Below are positions 9,059 to 18,950 of a DNA stretch of 64,000 bases, piece after piece (the first letter of the stretch is position 1; every line of letters begins with the position of its first letter). Both the position numbers and the translations under genes were made by a program. The stretch is from Thermodesulfovibrionia bacterium (GTDB lineage: Bacteria > Nitrospirota > Thermodesulfovibrionia > UBA6902). The DNA lies in assembly GCA_030646035.1 (NCBI GenBank), contig JAUSMY010000030.1, forward strand, positions 46,434-110,433. Reading direction: 5' to 3'. A model generated the notes under the pieces. It was not told the origin of the DNA. It did not search any database and was given only the letters and a program-made list of their open reading frames with translations.

Positions 9059-11250
9059 TTTTTGATTTTCTCAATAACTTTGTTCCAAGGTATACTCATA
9101 TACGCTGCAACGATAGCAATAATCCCAAGGTGAAATGAGTAGTTTTTAAAAAAAACTACTTTCAATATTTCGAGTAAACTTTTTAAATTATATAGGTAAA
9201 TAAAACCTATGGTAGAATTCATTCCCATGTAGATAAAAAGCAACGAGAAAAGGAATAATAGCGTGTTTTGCAATTTTATTTTTTTCAACTTAACAAATTC
9301 TTTGTTAGTATCTTTGAGTTCAGTCGCTATACTGTCATTTTGAACTTTCAGAAATTCTAGAACAGAAAGAGATGTTTTACTAGATGAGATAAATGTAGAA
9401 ATTGAATCATTTTTGTTAATAATGTCCACCACTTCATGGATTGGCAAATCTAACATCTCCTCGAATTTCAACCAAGCATGCAGACATTTAACGGTTGTAC
9501 TTGCTTTGCCATCCCAATAATATGTATTACTTCTGTATGTTTCTTTTACATCTTGCAAAATAATAATAATTGCATTAAAAATTGATTTTTCAATGACAGC
9601 AATCGTTGAGGCATCAGTATCATGGTTTGCTCTCGCTACAACCAATGCGTCAATTAATGAACTCGCAGCAGATCCTGTAGTTGCTAAATCAATCCAAATT
9701 CCATTGATTTGCTTATTAATCAACGCATTTAATATTGCTGCAAAATTATCATAATGACTGATAGAAATTGCAGATTTTAAATACACAATTAAGTCTATTT
9801 CACTTAGTTTGTCTATTGATAAATTTGAAAGAATATCTTTAAGTTTTTTTTCTTCCTCAGGTTTTAATATAGATATCAATGAAAATGTGTTATAGGCTAA
9901 AGCTTTTTCCCTGTTATCGTATGAGTCAATACTATCTCTTATCCAATTTATAGTAGCTTTAGTATCATTATCATCAAGCCCTAAATAATACGCACGTAAC
10001 CATAACAAAGCGCATGTAACTCCAAAAACCTCATCATATGAACCATTTCTATCGTGTGCTTCTTTTACATTATTTAATGATTTCTTCACTAGATTACGGT
10101 AATTTGCAAACTTCCCAGGAATGCTTTCCAGTGTTTGTAGAGATTCACAAGTACTCCAAAAACTACCATCTATATAGCCAGTTAGTAATTCCTCTTGAAT
10201 ACTGAATTCAGTTTGTTGTAATAGCCTTACAGCATATCTTTCCCGCCCTTTCACATAAAAACTTCTTGTACCTTCTTCATTTCCAATTATTAATAATGTC
10301 AGTTCACCAGTAGCAACTTTATCAGAAATTATAGACCTTATTTCCTCGGATAATATTTCTAAAGAGACGAAAGGACCAACAAGGAGAGTATGGTGCACTC
10401 CATTCTTTATATACTCCACTAAATGACTAAGGCTCTGGTTAATTGAATATTTCCTAAATGGATATTTCTTGGCAGTTAAGGTTCCTACTAGATAATCAAA
10501 TGAAAGATTATGGTTTTTATCATTATCCAATATAGCAGTATTGTGACGCCCCTCTATCGTATATATAAAAAGATTTTGGATAAATTTTCTTTGTTTTTGC
10601 CAGTCTAATGTTAAAGACGAAAGAATTATTCGGTAGTTTGATGCTTCTTTTGTTGCAATAATTAATGGTCTTGATTCAGCATCAGACATATCTTCTACTA
10701 AAATATCCCAATCAGCGAGATTGGCATTATCCCAATAGTGCCAATATAGCCCTGGTAGGCTTTTGAAGCTTAAAAGGCTTTTTTGAACTTCAGTAATATT
10801 TATTTTATTCGGATAAAGTAAAAGAACATGATTCTCTGCTCCCTGTCTTATTTGTAATAATCCTTTTGAAGGTTTTTCCTCAAGATTACGAGGGGCTACT
10901 TTTATCTTTCCGATATCTTTTGGTAAGAAACTTAATGTTGGATTATCAATTTCAGAGATGCGTAATTGGTGAAATGATATAAAACCTAAGCCATGATTTA
11001 GTGCATCAATAAAAACTTTTTTAAAATTATCACTGTAAATTTCTTTCCTAATTGTTTTATCATTTAATGCATTCGAACCGAGAACGATTGCAGAATAACA
11101 TTGTCTTGTTAAATTAATTGCTAAGGAATCAATATTATCTGCAGTATATAAACTTACCTCATATTCTAGTTCTTGCAGTAAAGGACGAGCATCAGCATAA
11201 CCGTAATGCGCCATTTCAGATTGGTTCTGAACTAAAGCGACCCTATACAT
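9055..11250 (-). CDS. hypothetical 731-aa protein with C-terminal coiled coil and membrane anchor
   Basis: Long intact ORF in the AT-rich block. C-terminus has hydrophobic segments (LLFLFSLLFIYMGMNSTIGFIYLY, IIAIVAAYMSIPW). I recognise no family-diagnostic motif. Confidence 0.6.
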   Translation of the reverse strand: MYRVALVQNQSEMAHYGYADARPLLQELEYEVSLYTADNIDSLAINLTRQCYSAIVLGSNALNDKTIRKEIYSDNFKKVFIDALNHGLGFISFHQLRISEIDNPTLSFLPKDIGKIKVAPRNLEEKPSKGLLQIRQGAENHVLLLYPNKINITEVQKSLLSFKSLPGLYWHYWDNANLADWDILVEDMSDAESRPLIIATKEASNYRIILSSLTLDWQKQRKFIQNLFIYTIEGRHNTAILDNDKNHNLSFDYLVGTLTAKKYPFRKYSINQSLSHLVEYIKNGVHHTLLVGPFVSLEILSEEIRSIISDKVATGELTLLIIGNEEGTRSFYVKGRERYAVRLLQQTEFSIQEELLTGYIDGSFWSTCESLQTLESIPGKFANYRNLVKKSLNNVKEAHDRNGSYDEVFGVTCALLWLRAYYLGLDDNDTKATINWIRDSIDSYDNREKALAYNTFSLISILKPEEEKKLKDILSNLSIDKLSEIDLIVYLKSAISISHYDNFAAILNALINKQINGIWIDLATTGSAASSLIDALVVARANHDTDASTIAVIEKSIFNAIIIILQDVKETYRSNTYYWDGKASTTVKCLHAWLKFEEMLDLPIHEVVDIINKNDSISTFISSSKTSLSVLEFLKVQNDSIATELKDTNKEFVKLKKIKLQNTLLFLFSLLFIYMGMNSTIGFIYLYNLKSLLEILKVVFFKNYSFHLGIIAIVAAYMSIPWNKVIEKIKK

Positions 11251-11351
11251 TTTGCTCTCCTTTTAAACTAACTATAATTGCCTATTTTATGTTTCAAAAA
11301 TCATCAAACGATATATTAAGACATGCTGTCACTTTCATATAATTATATTTT

Positions 11352-12020
11352 TTATTCAAACTCTAATATTCCAAAAAACTGGGGAAGGTGGAAATTCGGC
11401 TTTGGATAATCCACTAATGCCCAAGTTAACCAATGTGGATGTGATGTATTGTCTGCACATTTGTAAAAATTAGCTCGCCAAGTAACGCATGGAGCGGGCG
11501 GACTTATATGACAGTATTTATTGATTAATGAAATAGGAAGACGATACTCAACGGTCCACGTAACCGGTTCTTGAATCTCTGGATCAATAATATTTGGCAA
11601 CGAATGCACACTTCTTATTGTCTTACATTCATTTTTAGGTATTATAATGCTATCTCTCCCCGGCGCCTTCCGAAAGTGAAAACGCATAGTTCCTCCACAA
11701 TTCATTTCAAGATTAAAATATCCTTTAGATATGTCAGAATTAGGAGTGAAGAAAAATTCGACACAACTATCCATAGCAACACTATCCTGATGCTCTGAAG
11801 CGACTGCACGAACATATCTATCCTCAACTCGAAATATTGCGTATATTGCATGATCGTCATAAGCAATTTTCACTTCAGCCTTCGGAAAGTGGAATGGTTT
11901 CTGACCCATATGATTCTGAATCAACGCGGATTGAATATCCTTCCAAGGTAATTTTTCCCAGTTTGCATCAATTTGCAAAGGGTGTATCAGTTTTTTTACT
12001 TTATAAAACATACTTGGCAT
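11352..12020 (-). CDS. carbohydrate-binding family 9-like (CBM9_2/DOMON-like) protein
   Basis: IDANWEKLPW ... KAEVKIAYDDHAIYAIFRVEDRYV ... CVEFFF pattern is typical of CBM9-like domains. Assigned from memory of the family, not searched. Confidence 0.5.
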   Translation of the reverse strand: MPSMFYKVKKLIHPLQIDANWEKLPWKDIQSALIQNHMGQKPFHFPKAEVKIAYDDHAIYAIFRVEDRYVRAVASEHQDSVAMDSCVEFFFTPNSDISKGYFNLEMNCGGTMRFHFRKAPGRDSIIIPKNECKTIRSVHSLPNIIDPEIQEPVTWTVEYRLPISLINKYCHISPPAPCVTWRANFYKCADNTSHPHWLTWALVDYPKPNFHLPQFFGILEFE

Positions 12021-12185
12021 AAATCGTGATATCCAAAAAAGTTATAAGCAATCATTATTTAATTATTGACTGTAACATTATAATAATTAACTATTAATCA
12101 TTCAAGGTATCAAAGTTATCTTATAAGTTAATTTTGTTAGTATTTGCATAATATAGTTGCCAAGGAGATTGGACTGATATAGCCC

Positions 12186-12237
12186 GCACTTCCCTAATCA
12201 AACCTTCATCAACATCATCCGCGATCCTGACGCTGCC
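12186..12237. repeat. 52-bp direct repeat, copy 1 (orphan copy of the aroKB 3' coding end)
   Basis: gcacttccctaatcaaaccttcatcaacatcatccgcgatcctgacgctgcc is identical to 15894-15945. Confidence 0.95.
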
Positions 12238-12383
12238 ATCAAAAAAACCTGGATTCCCGCCCAAAGTATCACGGGAATGACAAAGTAAGAAACTTAATAT
12301 TTCTGGTTAATTCGTTATCTTGACGGATTTTCTCCATCTATATAAACTGGAAGCAGTAAAATTGTTTTCAATGTAAACTCCTT

Positions 12384-12412
12384 TTGACAATACAACCAAT
12401 TGGTTGTAAGAT
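12384..12412 (+). promoter_or_regulatory. sigma-70-like promoter with embedded 16-bp palindromic operator
   Basis: TTGACA (12384-12389), 17-nt spacer, TAAGAT (12407-12412). The perfect palindrome ACAACCAATTGGTTGT (12392-12407) fills the spacer. ATG 12421 lies 9 nt after the -10 element. Confidence 0.55.
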
Positions 12413-12420
12413 ACAAAGCG

Positions 12421-12705
12421 ATGAAAAGCGACCTTGATAAACATATTAAAAGAATGTCAAAAGATAAGGACTTTAAATTATATTTTGACAAGGCGGAAGC
12501 AAAGAGAAATATCGCACAGGAGATAGCAGCCCTGAGAAGAACAAACCATCTCACGCAGGCTCAGTTAGCTGAAAAAGTAGGCACCAGGCAGCAGGTGATC
12601 TCAAGGATGGAGAGCCCTAATGATAACCGAATGCCCTCACTCGACTTTCTCGCTAAGATAGCAAAAATATTTAACCGAAGACTTGTTATTTCATTGCTAA
12701 GATAA
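12421..12705 (+). CDS. XRE-family helix-turn-helix regulator (antitoxin-like)
   Basis: LRRTNHLTQAQLAEKVGTRQQVISRMESPN is a classic HTH_3/XRE motif. The ATG at 12421 is preferred over the TTG at 12400, which lies inside the promoter. Confidence 0.8.
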   Translation: MKSDLDKHIKRMSKDKDFKLYFDKAEAKRNIAQEIAALRRTNHLTQAQLAEKVGTRQQVISRMESPNDNRMPSLDFLAKIAKIFNRRLVISLLR

Positions 12706-12835
12706 AAATGTGTTAGGTGGCAGCTAACTCTGCGGAACTGTTGTGCCTATTTTTTATCCTAATGGAGTTTTATGCTTATGTTAGTCCCTGAAATTTCTAA
12801 TTATGTAAAAAAATTCATTTTAGGGCTTCTTACTC

Positions 12836-13657
12836 CTATGGGCCGACGCTGACGGGGGCCGCGAGGCGCATATGGAAAGAGTCCAGCAAATCACGGAAGG
12901 CCTCGGGTTCGATTCTGACATCGCCGCTGAAGGGGTGTTGCAGTGAGAGCGTGACCAGAAGGCCCAACATCACGATCAGCATGATGCATCCCATAATCAC
13001 GATCTGAACCCATGCGTGCTTGCTGGAAAATAGTAGCGAATAAGCCACGGTCGGCACCGCGCCGATCAATAACACCATCCAGAGGACGCTGTGGACTTCC
13101 ATCCTGCTATGCAGGATACGCAGTCGGCGGGTGCCGCTGAGCTCGTTCATCCGCCCGAGATAGTGGTTCATATAAGTTTCCTGGATCTTTGTTTTTGGCT
13201 CGAAGATGTACGTGATAGCCCATAAGTGTTCATAGATTGCTTCGGTCTTCGGGTGGGCCTTGCCGCTCGCTGCCATCGCCGGCCATTCGTCATCTATTAC
13301 CGATCGAGTATAGGCGGTCAAATTCTTCTGGATGTCGTCGCGGATAAAGGGGCGGGCTGTTATGGAATCGCGCCAGAGCTCGCTGAGGAGAGTCGTCTCA
13401 TACATGACGAGCTTTTCCGTTGTCTCAAAACGCTGCCAGGCTACTACGATGGTGAAGGCCAGCAACACGCCGTATATCAGGCCGTAGACGGCGTAGGTGA
13501 AGCCGACCAGTTCGTTGTTTTCCTTAAAGGCCGGATGCTGCCAGATGCGGCGGATCAGACAGACCGCCAGCCAAGGCACGGCCACGCTCAAAGCCATGAT
13601 TATGATCACACTCATGCTCAGCGGCCATTGCACAACTGTATGCATCCAGCCAGTCAT
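12836..13657 (-). CDS. membrane protein, DUF4239-like
   Basis: Two N-terminal and two C-terminal TM segments flank a soluble middle region. The GC-rich coding sequence contrasts with its neighbours. The family call is from memory only. Confidence 0.5.
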   Translation of the reverse strand: MTGWMHTVVQWPLSMSVIIIMALSVAVPWLAVCLIRRIWQHPAFKENNELVGFTYAVYGLIYGVLLAFTIVVAWQRFETTEKLVMYETTLLSELWRDSITARPFIRDDIQKNLTAYTRSVIDDEWPAMAASGKAHPKTEAIYEHLWAITYIFEPKTKIQETYMNHYLGRMNELSGTRRLRILHSRMEVHSVLWMVLLIGAVPTVAYSLLFSSKHAWVQIVIMGCIMLIVMLGLLVTLSLQHPFSGDVRIEPEAFRDLLDSFHMRLAAPVSVGP

Positions 13658-13841
13658 AGTTGCCGTTCCTCCTGTTCAGCCATGTTCTTCGTCAGCCATC
13701 GAATCGGCTCTTCCTTCCAAACGCCGACTGTGAGGCTACGCCTAATTCATCGAGGCATTCCTGCTGACTCGTTCCCCTGGCGTGTAAGGGAACAGTCTCC
13801 ATCACGCAAGGAGAGTGTGAAATTGAAGGGAAGATAAAGAT

Positions 13842-14390
13842 TTATTTCACCATCAAGTATTCGCCTTCATCCTGCGCTTCGTTTATGTTTGCATTAAGAT
13901 CAAAAATTGCTTTATGTCTCAGAGCGCCTTGAATTGCGCTGAATTTCCCGGTTCCTCCGTCAAGATGTTTGACAGCGCTGGCGGTACTCGTTTTTGTCCC
14001 GTCAGGATTTGTTATTGTTTGGCTTATACCATCAAACTCGTAATTGATCTTATCGCCGTTTTCCATGATATATTCACCATACGCCCGCAAGCTGCCATTA
14101 AGGTCAATATAATCGCTGCTGCCTCTCAGCCACTCTTCCTTGACCTTCACGCCTTCAAACTCCGGCGGGTTATTGGGAAAGGTGCGATGGAGTTCGAAAA
14201 TACGGATCTGATGGTTTGCGCTGACATCAATCGTGTATTGCTTCGTGTATTTGCTGTTTTCAGCAGCAGACCTGAAAGAGACCTTTTTCTTTTGCTGCGC
14301 CCACCCTTCCGTAGCCCCAAACAAAGCAATTCCTGCACTCATGATTACAGCCAGTAAAATACTCAAAACTATAACAGTTGACTTCTTCAT
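13842..14390 (-). CDS. secreted hypothetical protein
   Basis: The internal start MKKSTVIVLSILLAVIMSAGIALFGATEGWA gives a canonical signal peptide. No recognisable domain. Confidence 0.55.
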   Translation of the reverse strand: MKKSTVIVLSILLAVIMSAGIALFGATEGWAQQKKKVSFRSAAENSKYTKQYTIDVSANHQIRIFELHRTFPNNPPEFEGVKVKEEWLRGSSDYIDLNGSLRAYGEYIMENGDKINYEFDGISQTITNPDGTKTSTASAVKHLDGGTGKFSAIQGALRHKAIFDLNANINEAQDEGEYLMVK

Positions 14391-14500
14391 TTTTTTCTCC
14401 TTTCTTTTTTCCATGTTTATTTCTTGTTTCACCCTCTCTCTCCTTATAATCGAGGGTATTTCAACCACACAAATCTCTTTACCTCATGCTCCTCCTTTGT

Positions 14501-15826
14501 TCAATATCCGCGCTGCAGGACCTGCACAGTGCAATGGGCTGCGCCGTATCCGCCTGTCAGATTACGAAAATCCATCCATGTGGCGTTGACCCCCATATTT
14601 GCGAGCCGCTCTTTATAGTCTTCGCTCACGCCGTCTATGCCGAGTATCCGATTGGCTGTGGTCGTCAGGAAGTTGATGCCGTACTTTTCCTGGTCTGCAT
14701 TGGAAACATGTATCAGAGTAAATCCGAGGTTCTTTTGGACATAATCAACGAAGTCAGCATCGGATATGACTTTCTTGTATTGCCCATCAGCCATTTCATA
14801 CACATCCGCTTTCAGCACACGTCCTTCAACTCTGTTCAGCCTTTCCTCCACAAGGACGGCTAGATTCGGCCCGATAATATTGAAATAAGTGTCAAGGTGC
14901 ATCTGCACCTGGTTTTGCCATGGCTCCTTGACAGCCACCACTCTGAAGGCGCCGAAGACCTGATTATCCAGCATCTGTCTCAGCGCCTCGCTGTTAGTGC
15001 GCAGCCCCTGTCCGATAAAGGCCGTGTCTCCCGCCGGCAGAAAATCTCCCCCTTCCAGCCGCCCCTCGCCTGTGACCTCATAGATAGGCGTGACGCCCAG
15101 TTTCGCCAGAGCGAATTTGATTATTTCAGTTTCCGCAGCGCGCTGGGGCGAATTCATTTTAGAGATCACAATGCCATTAGCAGTGGTGATCATCTGATCG
15201 CGGAGAAAATAGAGGTTCATGACGGGCGCAGCTTCATAGGTCGCAGTCAGGCCGGTATTGATATCCGTGGTCTGCAGATGGATGGTCGGGCGCTGAAGTA
15301 TAATTGAAACAAGTTCCTTTGGATGCAGGGACGAGATCACTTCATTTTTATATGCGATCTGCTCAACCTGCATGGGCGCTGGAAGGGCTGATGAGTCAAA
15401 ACTCAGAATAGTTGCGGCAAAGCTGCGCAGGGCTTCCAGGTCAGCGCCCTCTATAGGCTGCCCCTTATCATCAACCGTGCCGGTAAGCAGCGCGTCAACA
15501 ACGGTATGCACACGCACGCCTTCTGCTTCAAGGAGGCGGATGTAATTGCGATGCTCTTCGGCGGCCCCGTCAATGCCGAAGGCCCTCTCAAACAGCGCTG
15601 CCGCCGGATGGACTACACCGAGGAAAAGCTCCTGATCCGGCGTATGCACAAGAACTTCTCTTACCGGCTCCCATTCGGCGTGATTTCCGACCTGTACTAT
15701 TGTATCAGCCCCTGCGTTCCTCGCGGCAGAAATGCAGCCCGACAAAGCTGCGGACAACAGAATAAGTGATAAAAGGAGGATGATCCCGCGTATCTGTTTC
15801 AAACTTATGTGCCTAAGTCTTTTCAT
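14501..15826 (-). CDS. arginine deiminase / amidinotransferase-superfamily protein with lipoprotein signal peptide
   Basis: Motifs FLRDQMITT, GGDFLP, MHLDTYFN and a C-terminal GGYGAAHC (catalytic Cys region of guanidino-group modifying enzymes). N-terminal LLLSLILLSAALSGC lipobox. Confidence 0.65.
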   Translation of the reverse strand: MKRLRHISLKQIRGIILLLSLILLSAALSGCISAARNAGADTIVQVGNHAEWEPVREVLVHTPDQELFLGVVHPAAALFERAFGIDGAAEEHRNYIRLLEAEGVRVHTVVDALLTGTVDDKGQPIEGADLEALRSFAATILSFDSSALPAPMQVEQIAYKNEVISSLHPKELVSIILQRPTIHLQTTDINTGLTATYEAAPVMNLYFLRDQMITTANGIVISKMNSPQRAAETEIIKFALAKLGVTPIYEVTGEGRLEGGDFLPAGDTAFIGQGLRTNSEALRQMLDNQVFGAFRVVAVKEPWQNQVQMHLDTYFNIIGPNLAVLVEERLNRVEGRVLKADVYEMADGQYKKVISDADFVDYVQKNLGFTLIHVSNADQEKYGINFLTTTANRILGIDGVSEDYKERLANMGVNATWMDFRNLTGGYGAAHCTVQVLQRGY

Positions 15827-15882
15827 ATGAATCTCTCCTTCATGTGTATTTTAATCTGCAGGAGTTGTTTCACTCTGAGTGA

Positions 15883-17460
15883 TCAGGCTTCAAGCACTTC
15901 CCTAATCAAACCTTCATCAACATCATCCGCGATCCTGACGCTGCCGATGGATTCGGGAAGGATGAATATCACCTTGCCTGCCTTTGCCTTCTTATCCACC
16001 TTCACGGCATTGATGATGTCTGAAACAGGAACGCCTGTCGGCAAATCAACTGGAAGGTTATATGATTCAATAAGAGCTTTCAACTGCGCTGCGAGACCTT
16101 TGTCAAAGATGCCTTTCCTGACTGCAATGTCTGCAGCATAGCGCATTCCTATTGCAAGCGCCTCACCGTGAAGATACCTCTTGTATCCTGTGGCTGTCTC
16201 TATCGCATGGCCGATGGTGTGGCCGAAATTAAGGATAGCCCTTAAGCCAGTCTCTCTTTCGTCCTTTGATACAACATCCGCCTTTATCTCACATGAGCGT
16301 TTTACCAAATATATGATGCTGTCTCCAAGCGAAAGGATATCTTCCCTTTTGTTCTTCAAGTAATCAAAGAGTTCACGGTCAGCTATCACACCGTATTTTA
16401 TGACCTCTGCCATGCCTGCGGCCAGCTCTCTTTTTGGAAGGGTCTTTAAGGTATCAACATCTATCAGCACAAGCGAAGGCTGATAGAACGCGCCTATCAT
16501 GTTCTTGCCGAGCGGATGGTTAACACCTGTCTTTCCTCCTACTGAACTGTCAACCTGTGAAAGAAGAGTTGTAGGAACCTGGATAAACCTGATTCCCCTC
16601 ATATAGGTGGCAGCTACAAAACCGGTAAGGTCTCCGACAACACCGCCTCCAAGTGCAATGATAAGCGAGCTCCTGTCAAACCTCGCCTTAAGAAGATTGC
16701 CGTATATGTTATTCGCCCACTCCAATCCCTTATGCTCCTCTCCATCCGGCATGAGAAAAACTTCAGGCGTAATGCCGTGTTCTTTCATAGAGGCAAGGAC
16801 AGTATCTTTGTAAAGCGGAAAGACGGTCTCATTGCTGATGATGGCGACCTTTGAGGGCCTGAACTCCTTTATCCTGAGCCCAAGCTTGCTGAGCAGGTCA
16901 TGCCCGATGACTATCTCATAGCTCCTGTCATCAAGCCCTACATTGGCGCTCTCAGTATCAAGGCCAAGAATAGATATTATCTTTTCAGCGGTCTCGTCAG
17001 GCGTGATAAAATCAGTCTTGATAAAAGCATCAGCCTGTTTGTAAAACTCCTCTCTCTCTGCAAGGAGTTTCTTTATCTCGTTAAGCGGCTCTTCAACATC
17101 AATCAGAGGCCGCTTGCCGCCCTCAAGCATGACACGCTTAAGGATTATCTCGGGGCCTGCGGTAAGGCAGAATATAACCCCTCTTCTGCGCAGGTTCTCA
17201 ACGTTCTGCCTGTTCTTTATTACGCCGCCGCCTGTCGCTATAACAACATCCTTCTTTTTTGATATCTCCGCAACTATCTCAGATTCGATCTTTCTGAAGT
17301 GATCCTCACCCTTCTTTTTAAAGATAAGGGAGATGGGCATACCCTCGCTCTCTTCGATAAGCACATCGGTATCAACAAAAAGATAGCCGAGCTTATCGCT
17401 CAGCTCCTTGCCGACAGAGGTCTTGCCTGTGCCCATAAAACCTGCCAATACGATCTTCAT
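15883..17460 (-). CDS. aroKB: bifunctional shikimate kinase / 3-dehydroquinate synthase
   Basis: N-terminal GFMGTGKTSVGKELS (AroK Walker A) is followed by DHQS motifs (GGGVVGDLTGF, VDSSVGGKTGVN, NFGHTIGHAIE). Confidence 0.9.
   Translation of the reverse strand: MKIVLAGFMGTGKTSVGKELSDKLGYLFVDTDVLIEESEGMPISLIFKKKGEDHFRKIESEIVAEISKKKDVVIATGGGVIKNRQNVENLRRRGVIFCLTAGPEIILKRVMLEGGKRPLIDVEEPLNEIKKLLAEREEFYKQADAFIKTDFITPDETAEKIISILGLDTESANVGLDDRSYEIVIGHDLLSKLGLRIKEFRPSKVAIISNETVFPLYKDTVLASMKEHGITPEVFLMPDGEEHKGLEWANNIYGNLLKARFDRSSLIIALGGGVVGDLTGFVAATYMRGIRFIQVPTTLLSQVDSSVGGKTGVNHPLGKNMIGAFYQPSLVLIDVDTLKTLPKRELAAGMAEVIKYGVIADRELFDYLKNKREDILSLGDSIIYLVKRSCEIKADVVSKDERETGLRAILNFGHTIGHAIETATGYKRYLHGEALAIGMRYAADIAVRKGIFDKGLAAQLKALIESYNLPVDLPTGVPVSDIINAVKVDKKAKAGKVIFILPESIGSVRIADDVDEGLIREVLEA
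15894..15945. repeat. 52-bp direct repeat, copy 2 (inside the 3' end of aroKB)
   Basis: Identical to 12186-12237. Lies 11 nt inside the aroKB stop codon end. Confidence 0.95.
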
Positions 17461-17490
17461 AATAGCCTTGAATTAATTACAGGAGATTGA

Positions 17491-18708
17491 TCAGAATTCA
17501 CTTATCTGCTTCAGGTAACCCTTGAAGTTCCTCTTAGTCTCTTCCATGCTGTCCCCGCCGAACTTCATGAGGAAGCTGTCAGCTATCACAAGGGCAACCA
17601 CCGCCTCACCGACAACAGATGCGGCAGGCACTGCGCATACATCAGACCTTTCATATGCGGCGTTGAACTTCTTCTTGCTCTTTATGTCAACTGATGAAAG
17701 AGGCTTCCTTAGTGTGGGGATAGGCTTCATGGCAGTCCTTACAACGATCGGCATGCCTGTGCTCATCCCGCCTTCAATACCGCCTGCGTTGTTGCTCTTT
17801 CTGTAAAACCCGCCTGCGGCATCTAATCTATTTGCCTTTGCAGCGCTGTAATATATCTCGTCCATAACTTTTGAGCCGGGCCTTCTTGCGCTCTCGAATC
17901 CGAGCCCTATCTCAACGCCCTTCATCGCCTGTATCCCCATGAGGCCGTATGATATCTTTGCATTCAGGCGGCTGTTCCACTGGCTGTAACTCCCAAGCCC
18001 CACGGGAACGCCTGTGACAACTATCTCAAAAACACCTCCGAGTGTGTCGCCGTCCTTCATAGCCCTGTCAATTCTGGCAATTATCTCTTTCTCTGCCTTC
18101 TTGTCAGGACATCTGACAGCAGATGCTTCAGCGCTTTTGAACATGGATAATATGGATTTCAGGTCTGCGCTTTGAGCCTTATGCCTTATGTCCTGCGCCT
18201 CTATCCCGCCTATCTCAGTAACATAGCTCATTACCTTAATATCAAACTCTGCAAGGAATCTCTTTGCAATAGCTCCAAGGGCGGTCCTTGTCGCTGTCTC
18301 TCTTGCGCTTGAGCGTTCAAGGACATTTCTGACATCCTTATGCCCGTATTTGATAGCGCCCGAAAGGTCTGCATGCCCAGGCCTCGGCCGTGTGACCTGA
18401 GAGATACTGTCCTTGTGCTTGATTAAAGGAGACATTGCCTTATCCCAGTTAGCCCAGTCCCTGTTCTCTATCATCAATCCAATAGGAGAGCCGAGAGTCT
18501 TGCCCCACCTGACTCCGGACAGGATCTGTGCATGATCTGTCTCTATCTTCATGCGGCCTCCCCTGCCGTGGCCCTTCTGCCGTCTTGCAAGGTCGCTGGC
18601 GATATCTTTTTCAGATAAGGAAAGGTTTGCCGGCACCCCGTCAATGACACATAAAAGAGCCTTCCCATGAGACTCACCGGATGTAAGATATTTAAGTTTT
18701 TCTAACAT
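17491..18708 (-). CDS. aroC: chorismate synthase
   Basis: [24 protein letters not shown] and GGIEGGMS motifs. Confidence 0.95.
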   Translation of the reverse strand: MLEKLKYLTSGESHGKALLCVIDGVPANLSLSEKDIASDLARRQKGHGRGGRMKIETDHAQILSGVRWGKTLGSPIGLMIENRDWANWDKAMSPLIKHKDSISQVTRPRPGHADLSGAIKYGHKDVRNVLERSSARETATRTALGAIAKRFLAEFDIKVMSYVTEIGGIEAQDIRHKAQSADLKSILSMFKSAEASAVRCPDKKAEKEIIARIDRAMKDGDTLGGVFEIVVTGVPVGLGSYSQWNSRLNAKISYGLMGIQAMKGVEIGLGFESARRPGSKVMDEIYYSAAKANRLDAAGGFYRKSNNAGGIEGGMSTGMPIVVRTAMKPIPTLRKPLSSVDIKSKKKFNAAYERSDVCAVPAASVVGEAVVALVIADSFLMKFGGDSMEETKRNFKGYLKQISEF

Positions 18709-18915
18709 AATTTAATAGTTGAATATGCAAAGAAATATTGTTATAGTTTAACTCATAGTGATGAATAATGAAATCATAAAGAACATATTACTGTCAAGGA
18801 AAAGTATTGTGCATCTTATTAAACAATATATAGTTACATATTAAACAACATATTGAAAACACTTGAATTAAACCCTTTCGCAGACTATAATTAACTCATA
18901 ATATATATATAGTAT

Positions 18916-18944
18916 TTGACAAAAAGAAAAAAAAGGAATATATA
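18916..18944 (+). promoter_or_regulatory. putative sigma-70 promoter, possibly giving a leaderless transcript
   Basis: TTGACA (18916-18921), 17-nt spacer, TATATA (18939-18944). ATG 18951 lies 7 nt after the -10 element. Confidence 0.4.
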
Positions 18945-18950
18945 ATCCAT

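Noticed and set aside
12315-12554. 79-aa minus-strand ORF as a possible toxin partner of the XRE regulator.
   Set aside because: It overlaps the XRE coding region and its promoter on the opposite strand. It is hydrophobic and low-complexity, with no RelE/HigB-like features.
13226-13837. 203-aa plus-strand ORF, and other long antisense ORFs in GC-rich or conserved genes (for example 58080-58778 and 59711-60223).
   Set aside because: They lie wholly inside well-supported genes on the opposite strand (DUF4239-like, ABC-F, hydrogenase). Their composition is Arg/Pro/Ser-rich, typical of antisense frames.
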